DNA of 32,000 nucleotides from Candidatus Saccharimonadota bacterium (GTDB lineage Bacteria; Pseudomonadota; Gammaproteobacteria; Enterobacterales; Enterobacteriaceae): NCBI RefSeq assembly GCF_014857065.1, contig NZ_CP046533.1, positions 60,001 to 92,000 of the forward strand, read 5' to 3'. Shown piece by piece: positions 21,474 to 29,791 of this stretch (position 1 is its first letter; each line of letters starts with the position of its first letter). The notes under the pieces were generated by a model. It saw only the letters and a program-made list of their open reading frames with translations, ran no database searches and was not told where the DNA came from. The position numbers and the translations under genes were made by a program.

Positions 21474-23342
21474 TTAATCAGAGAAATCATCTTTCGTTGA
21501 ATTTTCTTCATCCGAATTTGAATTACTACTATCGCTATATATTAAGAGTGCTTTTCTACTCAAAATTTTAGATAAAACATCGTTGTTTTGACTATCATAT
21601 TTGATATTTAAACGATCTTCTTGTATTTTTTGTAACTTTAAAAGATGTTGTTCATTTCCTAAATTTAAAAATTTACTATTTTTAGCAGAAATAAGATTTT
21701 CCATCATTTGGTTATGTATATTTGTATTTTTGCTTTTTTGAAGTTGATTACTTTTTTTATTAATTATATCATAACTCTTTTCATTCAAGGTCGATGATGT
21801 TGATGGCGTTTGAATTACTGTTGTTGGTAATGATGTAGGTAAAGGAGGTGGTACAGGACACAGAAAACTGTTATCATTACCTTTATCTTCTTTTAATTGT
21901 TTTTTCATTTCGTCTACTTTTGTTGTTTCAGTCTTTTTTAAGTCTTTATCTTGTATTTTACATTGATTTTCATCTAATTTACTTACTGTGTTATTAGTGC
22001 TATTAGTTGTAATTGTTTTCTTATTATCTTTTGATAAATTTTCACCTGGTATAGCATATGAAGTTGATGGTTCGTAATTTTGTGATATTGTTGATTCTTT
22101 ATCTTTTTGATTATAACAAGATTGATTATCAATTGCTTGTTTATCTTGTTGCTTTTCTGTTTGTTTATCAATATTTGCTTTATTAATTTTTTGATCCTTA
22201 TTTTTTACGGCAACTTGCTTTTGTTTTTTACTATCATCGACAGAATGGTTATTTGCTTTTGTTTCTATATTTTTAGGAAAATCACTATTATTTTTTCGTC
22301 CCATTTTCCTTTCAATTTTTTTTAGAAATCTTTCTTTGCCCAATTCTATTTTTTCTTGAGTATTATTATAAAAAGAAGTTTGTACTAAGTGATAACCTTG
22401 CATTTTATTAGAAATTTTCTTAACTAAAGGTATATTATTATCTCGTACAACGAATTTATATAGATTACCATTAAGTGTTTTACCAAGAATATTAACATCC
22501 TTTAACTGTTGGTTAAAAGGTGTTCCGAATTCGTAGTTAATTAATATATTGATTTTTTTTTCTGTACAGAAATTTTTATTAAAGGTTTCACTTATGCTAA
22601 AAGTAATTATTGATATAGGATTAAATTCAATTTCAGTTACCCAATTTAGTAAATTTTTATTCTGTCTTGTTTTAGATAAATTTAAAATTTCATCATAAAA
22701 ATAATATTTTAATTTCAATGTACCTGATAACGATGGATAAAAACGCAACCAACTACCAACATTTAAATCATAACCATTAAGAACATGCTCTTTATTTATA
22801 CTACCTTGATTTGAAAAATATCGATTAGTTAAGGCATAATATTTATTAACTGTTAAATAAAAATAATTACAAAAAAATTCAGTACCTACACTTAAACGAT
22901 GATAGTTTTCATCAGAAAGCTGCATATCATAAAAAGTATTATATCCTACAAACCATCGATTATCACGAACGATTCTTTGACCTACACCAACATTCAGAAA
23001 ATTAATTTTTTTAATATTTTTAATACCGGTCTGAGTAAAAATGAAGTAATTGTGATCTTGATATACTTTACTCATTAAATCGATCAAATTATTGCTAATT
23101 CTTAGTTTAGTCAATAAATCATGTTGTTCATTTTTTATATTGTTTTCATTTTTTATATTGTTTTCATTTGTTATTGTTTCATTAATTGCCCTATATTGTT
23201 TATTTAGAATGTTTTTGTTCTTTTCAGATAATACGCCTTGAACTTCAGATGACACTTGATGGTACCTAATGTCGGCTTTACTATTCAAGTTAAAAATTGC
23301 AATTGCGATAATAAATAGCAAACACTTAATTATTTTTTTCAC
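21474..23342 (-). CDS. inverse autotransporter (invasin/intimin-family beta-barrel) with a non-canonical low-complexity passenger
   Basis: A signal peptide MKKIIKCLLFIIAIAIFNLNSKA is present. Residues ~95-310 (NVGVGQRIV...W.VGYNTFYD......HRLSVGTEF....YLTVN.Y..L......VLNGYDLNVG..L..YPSL.G.LK..YY......L......N......E.NP.......S..........IN.L.NYEFG.P..QQL...........Y..V.RDNNIPL) are colinear with the intimin/invasin barrel (NLGAGQRFF..MLGYNVFIDQDF...NTRLGIGGEYWRDYFKSSVNGYF...ERPANGFDIRFNGYLPSYPALGAKLMYEQYYGD...NPGAATVGVNYTPIPLVT...YRYQF..PW.QQ....RYDLVQRNNNIILEY). Residues 311-622 are Lys/Asn/Gln/Ser/Thr-rich, with PVPPPLPTSLP at aa 496-506 and the acidic tail SDSSNSNSDEENSTKDDFSD. The start codon is GTG, with TAA three codons upstream, and no clear Shine-Dalgarno sequence is visible. 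Confidence 0.8.
   Translation of the reverse strand: MKKIIKCLLFIIAIAIFNLNSKADIRYHQVSSEVQGVLSEKNKNILNKQYRAINETITNENNIKNENNIKNEQHDLLTKLRISNNLIDLMSKVYQDHNYFIFTQTGIKNIKKINFLNVGVGQRIVRDNRWFVGYNTFYDMQLSDENYHRLSVGTEFFCNYFYLTVNKYYALTNRYFSNQGSINKEHVLNGYDLNVGSWLRFYPSLSGTLKLKYYFYDEILNLSKTRQNKNLLNWVTEIEFNPISIITFSISETFNKNFCTEKKINILINYEFGTPFNQQLKDVNILGKTLNGNLYKFVVRDNNIPLVKKISNKMQGYHLVQTSFYNNTQEKIELGKERFLKKIERKMGRKNNSDFPKNIETKANNHSVDDSKKQKQVAVKNKDQKINKANIDKQTEKQQDKQAIDNQSCYNQKDKESTISQNYEPSTSYAIPGENLSKDNKKTITTNSTNNTVSKLDENQCKIQDKDLKKTETTKVDEMKKQLKEDKGNDNSFLCPVPPPLPTSLPTTVIQTPSTSSTLNEKSYDIINKKSNQLQKSKNTNIHNQMMENLISAKNSKFLNLGNEQHLLKLQKIQEDRLNIKYDSQNNDVLSKILSRKALLIYSDSSNSNSDEENSTKDDFSD
23127..23169 (-). repeat. 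18-bp tandem repeat (about 2.4 copies) inside the inverse-autotransporter gene
   Basis: Perfect period-18 identity from 23127 to 23169 (plus-strand unit cattttttatattgtttt). It encodes NENNIK-NENNIK-NE in the mature N-terminal region. The period is divisible by 3, so copy-number change would stay in frame. Confidence 0.85.
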
Positions 23343-23610
23343 GTTATTTTATTGTTTCAGTTTTATTGTAAAATGAGCAAGATTTTTAAAATAACATGGC
23401 CTATCATAAATCATTAAAAAAAAACTTCAATAATTTTATGCAACATAATGTTATTTATTTAATATATTTGATTATTAGATTGAAATTTAGGTTAAATTCA
23501 CTTAATCTGTTCCAGTATGTGAATTGAAATTTTGGTTCTCTATTCTAAAAATCAGATTTTAAATATTTTATTTTACTGTATAAAACAAAGTTTTTTATAA
23601 AAGTGCTTTT

Positions 23611-25011
23611 ATGCCGATAAGTCGTATAGAAAAAGATTCAATAGGTTATATTGAAGTTGCTGATAATCAGCTTTGGGGATCTCAAACTCAGAGGTCATTG
23701 AAGTATTTTAATATCTCTGATGAAAAGATGCCTTTTGAATTGATTAGGGCCATTGCGCAAATAAAAAGAGTTGCGGCACAGGTTAATGCTGATTTAGGAT
23801 TGCTCGATAGACGGTATGCGCAAGCAATTATTTTGGTCACTGATGAAATTTTAAATGGTGAGCACATGAAAGAATTTCCATTATCTGTATGGCAAACAGG
23901 TTCTGGTACACAAACTAATATGAATATTAATGAAGTTATTGCCAATCGTGCAAGTGAGCTATTAGGTGGTAAACGTGGCGAAAATAGAATAATACATCCT
24001 AATGATCATGTTAATAAGAGTCAAAGTTCAAATGATGTATTTCCTACTGCAATGCATATTGCCTCAGTAATAGCAATAAAAGAACATCTAATACCCCAGA
24101 TCTTAATTTTAAAAGAAACTTTAGCTAAGAAATCCGTTGATTTTAACAATATTATTAAAATTGGACGCACTCATTTACAAGATGCAGTTCCTCTAACTCT
24201 TGGTCAAGAAATATCTAGTTGGGTATCCATGTTAGATCATAATTTGATTAATATCAAATTTACTCTTTCACATCTTTATGAATTAGCATTAGGTGGTACC
24301 GCTGTAGGTACCGGACTTAATTCCCATCCTGAATATGCACAACGTACAGCGTATAATTTATCTTTATTAACGGGTCATCCTTTTGTTACTGCTCCTAATA
24401 AATTCGAATCGTTAGCAACAAGTGATGCTTTAGTAAATACTCATGGATCTTTAAAAACTCTAGCTTCGTCCATGATGAAAATTTCTAACGATATACGTTG
24501 GTTGTCGTCTGGACCCCGTTGTGGTATTGGTGAATTAATAATTCCTGCAAATGAACCTGGAAGTTCAATTATGCCGGGGAAAATTAATCCAACACAATGT
24601 GAAGCTGTGAATATGTTATGTTGTCAGGTTTTTGGTAATGATGTTGCTATAAATTTTGGTGGCGCATCAGGTAATTTTGAATTAAATGTTCATCGACCAC
24701 TTATTATTTATAATTTTCTCCAGTCTGCTAGGTTATTACAAGATGGAATTAAAAGTTTTAATCGTTATTGTATTTCTGGCATGGAGCCAAATCGTAAACG
24801 AATAATTCAATTGCTTGAAAAGTCTTTAATGTTAGTCACTGCACTTACTCCTTATATTGGTTATGATAAAGCAACTAAAATTGCTCAAAAGGCTTACCAA
24901 GAAGATTTGACATTAAAAGCGGCTGCGTTAAAGTTAGGTTATCTCGATGAACAAGATTTTGATAGGTGGATAAAACCAGAAAATATGGTGAATTTTAGTT
25001 GTAACAAGTAA
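23611..25011 (+). CDS. fumC: class II fumarate hydratase
   Basis: 466 aa, colinear with E. coli FumC (EKDS.G.I.V....LWG.QTQRSL..F.IS.EKMP). The signature [15 protein letters not shown] and LGYL...FD.W..PE.M are present. Confidence 0.97.
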   Translation: MPISRIEKDSIGYIEVADNQLWGSQTQRSLKYFNISDEKMPFELIRAIAQIKRVAAQVNADLGLLDRRYAQAIILVTDEILNGEHMKEFPLSVWQTGSGTQTNMNINEVIANRASELLGGKRGENRIIHPNDHVNKSQSSNDVFPTAMHIASVIAIKEHLIPQILILKETLAKKSVDFNNIIKIGRTHLQDAVPLTLGQEISSWVSMLDHNLINIKFTLSHLYELALGGTAVGTGLNSHPEYAQRTAYNLSLLTGHPFVTAPNKFESLATSDALVNTHGSLKTLASSMMKISNDIRWLSSGPRCGIGELIIPANEPGSSIMPGKINPTQCEAVNMLCCQVFGNDVAINFGGASGNFELNVHRPLIIYNFLQSARLLQDGIKSFNRYCISGMEPNRKRIIQLLEKSLMLVTALTPYIGYDKATKIAQKAYQEDLTLKAAALKLGYLDEQDFDRWIKPENMVNFSCNK

Positions 25012-25071
25012 ATTTTATTGGGTAAGATAGACTATAATTTGAATTTTGTTTATTGAGTAGATCAGATTTGA

Positions 25072-25704
25072 ATGAATAATGCTAAACGATATAAAATATT
25101 AAATATATTTAATGCCAATAATTCAAATCCTACTACAGAATTGGTGTATAATTCAGCGTTTGAATTATTAATAGCAGTGATTCTTTCTGCTAGATCTACT
25201 GACGTACAAGTTAATAAAGTTACTGATAATTTATTTGCTGTGGCTTCATCACCTCAAGCTATATTGAATTTAGGAGAAGATGCATTAAAAAAACAAATTA
25301 GATCTATTGGCTTATTTAATAAAAAAACAGAAAACATCATTAAAACGTGTGAATTATTAGTTAATTTATATGATAGTAAAATTCCAGCAAATCGTTATGC
25401 ATTAGAAAGTTTACCTGGAGTTGGTCGTAAAACTGCTAATGTGATATTGAATTTAATTTTTGGATTTCCTACTATTGCTGTAGATTCTCATATTTTTCGA
25501 TTTTGTAATAGGAGTCGTTTTGTCATAGGTGTTACTCTCAAAATAGTTGAAAGAAAATTGTTAACTGTCATTCCTGAAAGATTTAAAAGTAAATGTCATT
25601 CTTGGATGGTTTTACATGGAAGGTATGTTTGTACTGCAAGAAAGCCTCAATGTAGTTCATGTTGTATTAGAGAACTATGTGAGTATAATAAAAAAATTAT
25701 TTAA
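25072..25704 (+). CDS. nth: endonuclease III
   Basis: 210 aa. The motifs NP.TEL...S.FELLIAV.LSA..TD, LPGVGRKTANV.LN (catalytic Lys), IAVDSHIFR (catalytic Asp) and the 4Fe-4S ligand pattern C-x6-C-x2-C-x5-C (CTARKPQCSSCCIRELC) are present. Confidence 0.95.
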   Translation: MNNAKRYKILNIFNANNSNPTTELVYNSAFELLIAVILSARSTDVQVNKVTDNLFAVASSPQAILNLGEDALKKQIRSIGLFNKKTENIIKTCELLVNLYDSKIPANRYALESLPGVGRKTANVILNLIFGFPTIAVDSHIFRFCNRSRFVIGVTLKIVERKLLTVIPERFKSKCHSWMVLHGRYVCTARKPQCSSCCIRELCEYNKKII

Positions 25705-25761
25705 CTGTATCTAAATATGTAGAATATATATAAATAAGTAATTTTGAAATTTACATTTGTC

Positions 25762-27051
25762 TTACATCCAACAAATAAGGGAAAAATTTTTTTTACCACG
25801 TTTTAGTATAGTATAACGACCATATAATTTATCTGAATTTTGAAATACGTATTTTATTTCAGTTTGTTTTATACCATTGATTGTAATTGCATGAGATTGA
25901 ATCAAAGATCTAGATTGCTGTTTAGAAGATGTTAATTTAGTTGCCACTAATGCTTGTTGTAAATTTATGTTATGCTTTAAAAAAACAGTTGTAATTTCAC
26001 TATTTTTAGCCAATTGAAATAAATCTTCTTCTTTTAATTCAGTTGAAGATTTTTTAAATAAATTATGTGTAATGCGTTGCGCTGTAGCCAATCCTGTGGG
26101 GCCGTGTACCATACGGGTGATTTCATTAGCTAATAAGATTTGAGCATGATTATGATTAATGTTACTATTATATTTTTTTAATTTTAGTTCATTAATCATT
26201 CTAATATCTAAAAATGTGAAAAACTTTAAAAAACGATAAACATTCTCATCTGGAATATTAATCCAAAATTGATAAAATTTAAAAGGACTAGTTTTGCGAG
26301 GATTTAACCAAATTACATTATTTTCTGTTTTACCAAATTTAATATTTTTTGAATTTGTAATCAAAGGCACTGTAAAACCAAAAACCGAATTTTGATACAT
26401 GCGTCTTGTTAAATCAATTCCTGAAATAATATTCCCCCATTGATCGGAACCTCCTATTTGTAATGTAACATTATAGTTTTGGTTCAAATATGCAAAATCG
26501 TAAGCTTGTAATAAATTATAACTAAATTCAGTAAAAGATATCCCTTTATTATTACGATTTAATCTTTGCTTTATTGCCTCTCTATCTATCATCTTATTAA
26601 TAGAAAAAAACTTACCAATATTTCTTAAAAAGAATAACATATCCATTGAATTGAACCAATCATAATTATTTATTATGATAGCTCCATTTTTTTTATTATC
26701 AAAGTCTAAGAATTGATGAATTTGCAGTGTGATCTTTTTTGCCCAAATTTTTACTGTTTCTGCCGGATTTGATATACGTTCAGCAGCTTTAAAGCTAGGA
26801 TCACCAATCAAACCTGTAGCTCCTCCTATTAATATTATTGGACGGTGTCCTGCAATTTGGAAATGTTTTAAACATAATAATGGTATGAGATGTCCTAAAT
26901 GTAAACTATCGGCAGTCGGATCAAATCCGCAATAGATAGAAATTTTTTTAAAAGATAGTTTATTTGCTATTTTTTTTGCATTTGTTATTTGTGCAATTAA
27001 TCCACGTTCTTGTAATAATTTTATTATATTTGTTTCGTTCATTATGATCAT
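25762..27051 (-). CDS. tyrS: tyrosine--tRNA ligase
   Basis: Colinear with E. coli TyrRS. HIGH-type (DSLHLGHL) and KMSKS-type (KFGKTE) motifs are present, as is the C-terminal S4-like domain ending GKKN..LICW. The start may be the ATG at 27051 or the one at 27042 (ATGATCATAATG). Confidence 0.96.
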   Translation of the reverse strand: MIIMNETNIIKLLQERGLIAQITNAKKIANKLSFKKISIYCGFDPTADSLHLGHLIPLLCLKHFQIAGHRPIILIGGATGLIGDPSFKAAERISNPAETVKIWAKKITLQIHQFLDFDNKKNGAIIINNYDWFNSMDMLFFLRNIGKFFSINKMIDREAIKQRLNRNNKGISFTEFSYNLLQAYDFAYLNQNYNVTLQIGGSDQWGNIISGIDLTRRMYQNSVFGFTVPLITNSKNIKFGKTENNVIWLNPRKTSPFKFYQFWINIPDENVYRFLKFFTFLDIRMINELKLKKYNSNINHNHAQILLANEITRMVHGPTGLATAQRITHNLFKKSSTELKEEDLFQLAKNSEITTVFLKHNINLQQALVATKLTSSKQQSRSLIQSHAITINGIKQTEIKYVFQNSDKLYGRYTILKRGKKNFSLICWM

Positions 27052-27113
27052 CTCATTTTATAAATATAAAGAATCTTTATCTTAATATTAAGTAACATTT
27101 AAATATTTAAGAT

Positions 27114-27770
27114 TTAAATCGAATCCTCAAGCTGCAAGTTTTTTAATATTCCAATTATTTTTTGATAGATAAATCGATCATACAATTTATATTTACCATC
27201 TTGCCAAAATTTTTGGCTATCAATATAAACTTGATATCTGTCTCAAAATTTTGGAACTGATATTTCACGGTGTGGAAAAATTTTTTTTAAATCAAACACA
27301 TCTTTTATTAGTTTTTCTTTAAAGTAAATATTGTTAGATTGAAAATAAACCCAAGAGTTAATCTGATTTTATCTTGGATGACTATAAAAATATTTGATTA
27401 CTTGTTTTCTAGATAATATTTTACACATCCTAATGTCATGATTTTATGGTTTAATACTTTCTCAGAGAAATGTAAACTAACTCTGGAATTGTTTTTTTTA
27501 AATGTTGAGCTATTCGATTTTTTAAATTAGTAGAAAAAATCATTTTTTACTATCAAAATATTTCAATAAAACTAATTTTGATGTAGTTGATCATTCTTGT
27601 TGAAAATAGCTAAAGACACGATAGTAGTGTTTGGAATCTTAACACGCGTGTCTTTAGCTATTTTGTAAACAATTTTACAGACTTTTTTGTTAGATCATTT
27701 ATATATAATTTTTATAGGTATATTCACGTTTTATACTAAAAATATTTAAGTTGAGTTTACTTATAAATAT
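27114..27770 (-). pseudogene. pdxH: pyridoxamine 5'-phosphate oxidase pseudogene
   Basis: Manual minus-strand translation recovers PdxH-colinear segments across its full length. The segments are IFISKLNLNIFSIKREYT, INDLTKKSVKLFTK*, PNTTIVSLAI, KLVLLKYFDSKK, MIFSTNLKNRIAQHLKK, NSRVSLHFSEKVLNHKIMTLG and VIKYFYSHPR*NQINSWV...FDLKKIFPHREISVPKF*DRYQVYIDSQKFWQDGKYKLYDRFIYQ. Compare E. coli ...RREYT, RDLPADPLTLFERW, PTAMVVATV, RIVLLKHYDEKG, MVFYTNLGSRKAHQIEN, NPRVSLLFPW..LERQVMVIG, VMKYFHSRPRDSQIGAWV and ...[31 protein letters not shown]. The lesions are ATA at the start-codon position (27768-27770), stops at 27658-27660 (TAG at a Trp codon), 27369-27371 (TAA) and 27243-27245 (TGA at a Trp codon), and six reading-frame changes. 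Its position upstream of tyrS matches the E. coli pdxH-tyrS arrangement. Confidence 0.85.
27603..27664. repeat. 18-bp perfect inverted repeat (26-nt spacer) inside the pdxH pseudogene
   Basis: The left arm aaaatagctaaagacacg (27603-27620) is the exact reverse complement of cgtgtctttagctatttt (27647-27664). The right arm is immediately preceded by acacg, creating a 10-bp palindrome acacgcgtgt (27642-27651). Confidence 0.9.
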
Positions 27771-27934
27771 TTTATCTATTAAATAACCTATTTTTAATAC
27801 AATATTTTTATGAAAACATCTTATATTACATTAAATCATCTCGGTAAATTATCGAAAGTATAAATTTATGAATTAAATATAACTTGTTAGACAAATTAAC
27901 GAACCTTCAATGTTATAATTTATTTTGTTGAATA

Positions 27935-28369
27935 TTATATGTTATCCTGTAATTCTACAATATTTTTTTCTAATTTACTAACCATTGTACCTAATAATTC
28001 AATATCTTTTGGATTAATTCCAGTTAACACTTCATTGCGAATATTATTAATGACATTATTTACTTCTTTAATAATAGGTTTAGCAGATTCAGTTAATTTA
28101 ATGCGTTTAGCTCTTCTATCATTTATACATGTATGGCGAGTAATCAATCCTTTTTCTTCCAATTGATCGAGTGTTCTTACTAAAGATGGTTGTTCAATAC
28201 CTATTGCTTTAGCTAATTTAATTTGTGATTGTTCTGGTGGTAATTTACAAATATTATATAATGTAATCCAATGTGTTTGTGTTAGTTTTAGAGGTTTCAA
28301 ATGATGGTCAATTAAAGCACGCCATATTCTAACTAATCGAGCTAAATTTGATCCTAATGGTAATTCCAA
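27935..28369 (-). CDS. slyA: MarR-family transcriptional regulator SlyA
   Basis: 144 aa, highly similar to E. coli SlyA ([80 protein letters not shown]). The start codon is TTG (plus-strand caa at 28367-28369), preceded by AGGAG. Confidence 0.93.
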   Translation of the reverse strand: MELPLGSNLARLVRIWRALIDHHLKPLKLTQTHWITLYNICKLPPEQSQIKLAKAIGIEQPSLVRTLDQLEEKGLITRHTCINDRRAKRIKLTESAKPIIKEVNNVINNIRNEVLTGINPKDIELLGTMVSKLEKNIVELQDNI

Positions 28370-29116
28370 TTTTTTCTCCTTACGTTAATTAAAGTTTATT
28401 ATCATGTAAATTTATTATTTGTTGATTATGGTGTAAAAATAATAAAATATTTTATTAATAAGGTTGGTGATATAATTATGAGTTATTACTCAATAGTCTT
28501 AGTTAATATTTTGATACTACACATTTATTAATATAACATATATATTTAAAAGCATCTTAAATTTTAATTATATATGTATAAATATAGATTTTGAAGAATT
28601 ATTATTAATTATTCTTTATCTTATGATGTATTATTAATATTCAACAATTTGGAATTTTGTTTCACAATAATTTCTTTTGTGAATAAGTGATAATCTAGAT
28701 TCGCATATTATATATTTATGTAGTTTTATATAATATTTCCAATATTATATAATTTAATATTAAATTTTTAATATTTTAATTTAATAAATTCATTGCTTAT
28801 ATGTAAATTATAAATTACTATAAAATTTGTTTATGTGTACTCATTTTAATATAATTACGTATACGGGGTATGTTATTGAATTTTTATTTGTAAATATTAT
28901 ATAAAGTTATAAATTTTAGAATTTTCTTTTTATAATTTTTATCTTAACCTTCAAGGTTAAATCTAAGTTATAATTTAGTGTGTTTTTTGTTTTTTATATA
29001 ATGGAATTAATCTTAAATTTTAATTTTTAGAACATAGTTTATATTTATATTTTATCAAAATCATGATTGAAATTAATAGATAATTAAGTATTTTCCGTAA
29101 TTTTTAATAAAGTAAC

Positions 29117-29755
29117 ATGATCAAAAAAAATAGTTTTAATACTCTTAATGCACGTTTTCGTGGATTCTATCCAGTAGTCATTGATGTAGAAACAGCTGGG
29201 TTTAATCCTAATACTGATGCTTTATTAGAAATCGCAGCTATTACATTAAAAATGGATTGTAATGGTTGGTTGAAAATTGATACTAAAATAAATTTTCATA
29301 TCAAATCTTTTCCAGGAGCAACTTTGCAACCATCTGCATTAGCTTTTAATGGTATAGATCCTTATAATCCATTACGTTCTGCCGTGACGGAATATGAAGC
29401 TTTAAATGAAATTTTTAAGATGGTGCGTCAAGGTCTTAAGAGCCAGGATTGTAATCGAGCTATCCTAGTTGCTCATAATGCCGCTTTTGATCATGGTTTT
29501 CTTATGGCTGCCATTGAACGATCTGACTTTAAGTATAATCCTTTTCATCCTTTTGTAACTTTTGATACTGCTACTTTAAGTGGTTTAGTTTTAGGACAAA
29601 CAGTACTAGCTAAAGCTTGTATATGTGCAGGAATAGTGTTTGATAATAATAAAGCACATTCTGCTATATACGATACCGAACGTACTGCAATGCTTTTCTG
29701 CAAATTAGTAAACCGTTGGAAAAAATTGGGAGGATGGCCTGCATCAGTACTCTAG
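29117..29755 (+). CDS. rnt: ribonuclease T
   Basis: 212 aa. The sequences [87 protein letters not shown] are colinear with E. coli RNase T, with the DEDDh residues present. Confidence 0.95.
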   Translation: MIKKNSFNTLNARFRGFYPVVIDVETAGFNPNTDALLEIAAITLKMDCNGWLKIDTKINFHIKSFPGATLQPSALAFNGIDPYNPLRSAVTEYEALNEIFKMVRQGLKSQDCNRAILVAHNAAFDHGFLMAAIERSDFKYNPFHPFVTFDTATLSGLVLGQTVLAKACICAGIVFDNNKAHSAIYDTERTAMLFCKLVNRWKKLGGWPASVL

Positions 29756-29791
29756 AGTTACGAAATAGACAATTTTATTTTAATTTATATT

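Noticed and set aside
21550-21720. WH2-like actin-binding motifs (e.g. VLSKILSRKALL, MMENLISAKNSKFLNLG) downstream of the proline-rich motif in the autotransporter passenger, by analogy with bacterial actin nucleators.
   Set aside because: The matches to the WH2 consensus (amphipathic helix followed by LKKT/V) are loose and lack the LKKV-type core. In a Lys/Leu/Asn-rich low-complexity sequence such resemblances are expected by chance.
23495-23525. A 7-bp inverted repeat aattcac-N17-gtgaatt, plus a nearby ttgaaattt direct repeat, in the divergent autotransporter/fumC spacer; a possible operator.
   Set aside because: The repeats are short, the spacing is atypical for known dimeric regulators, and matches of this size are expected by chance in AT-rich DNA. 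It is mentioned only as a place to look if SlyA or ToxR-like binding is tested.
27243-27245. The TGA at a conserved Trp position of pdxH (PKF*DRY versus PSFWGGF) could indicate UGA-to-Trp recoding, as in some tiny symbiont genomes.
   Set aside because: TGA is used as a genuine stop in this window (msbA 18541-18543, lpxK 19539-19541), and Trp is encoded by TGG throughout (e.g. purB, serS, fumC). The same gene also has TAA and TAG stops, a lost start codon and six frame changes. It is a pseudogene, not a recoded gene.
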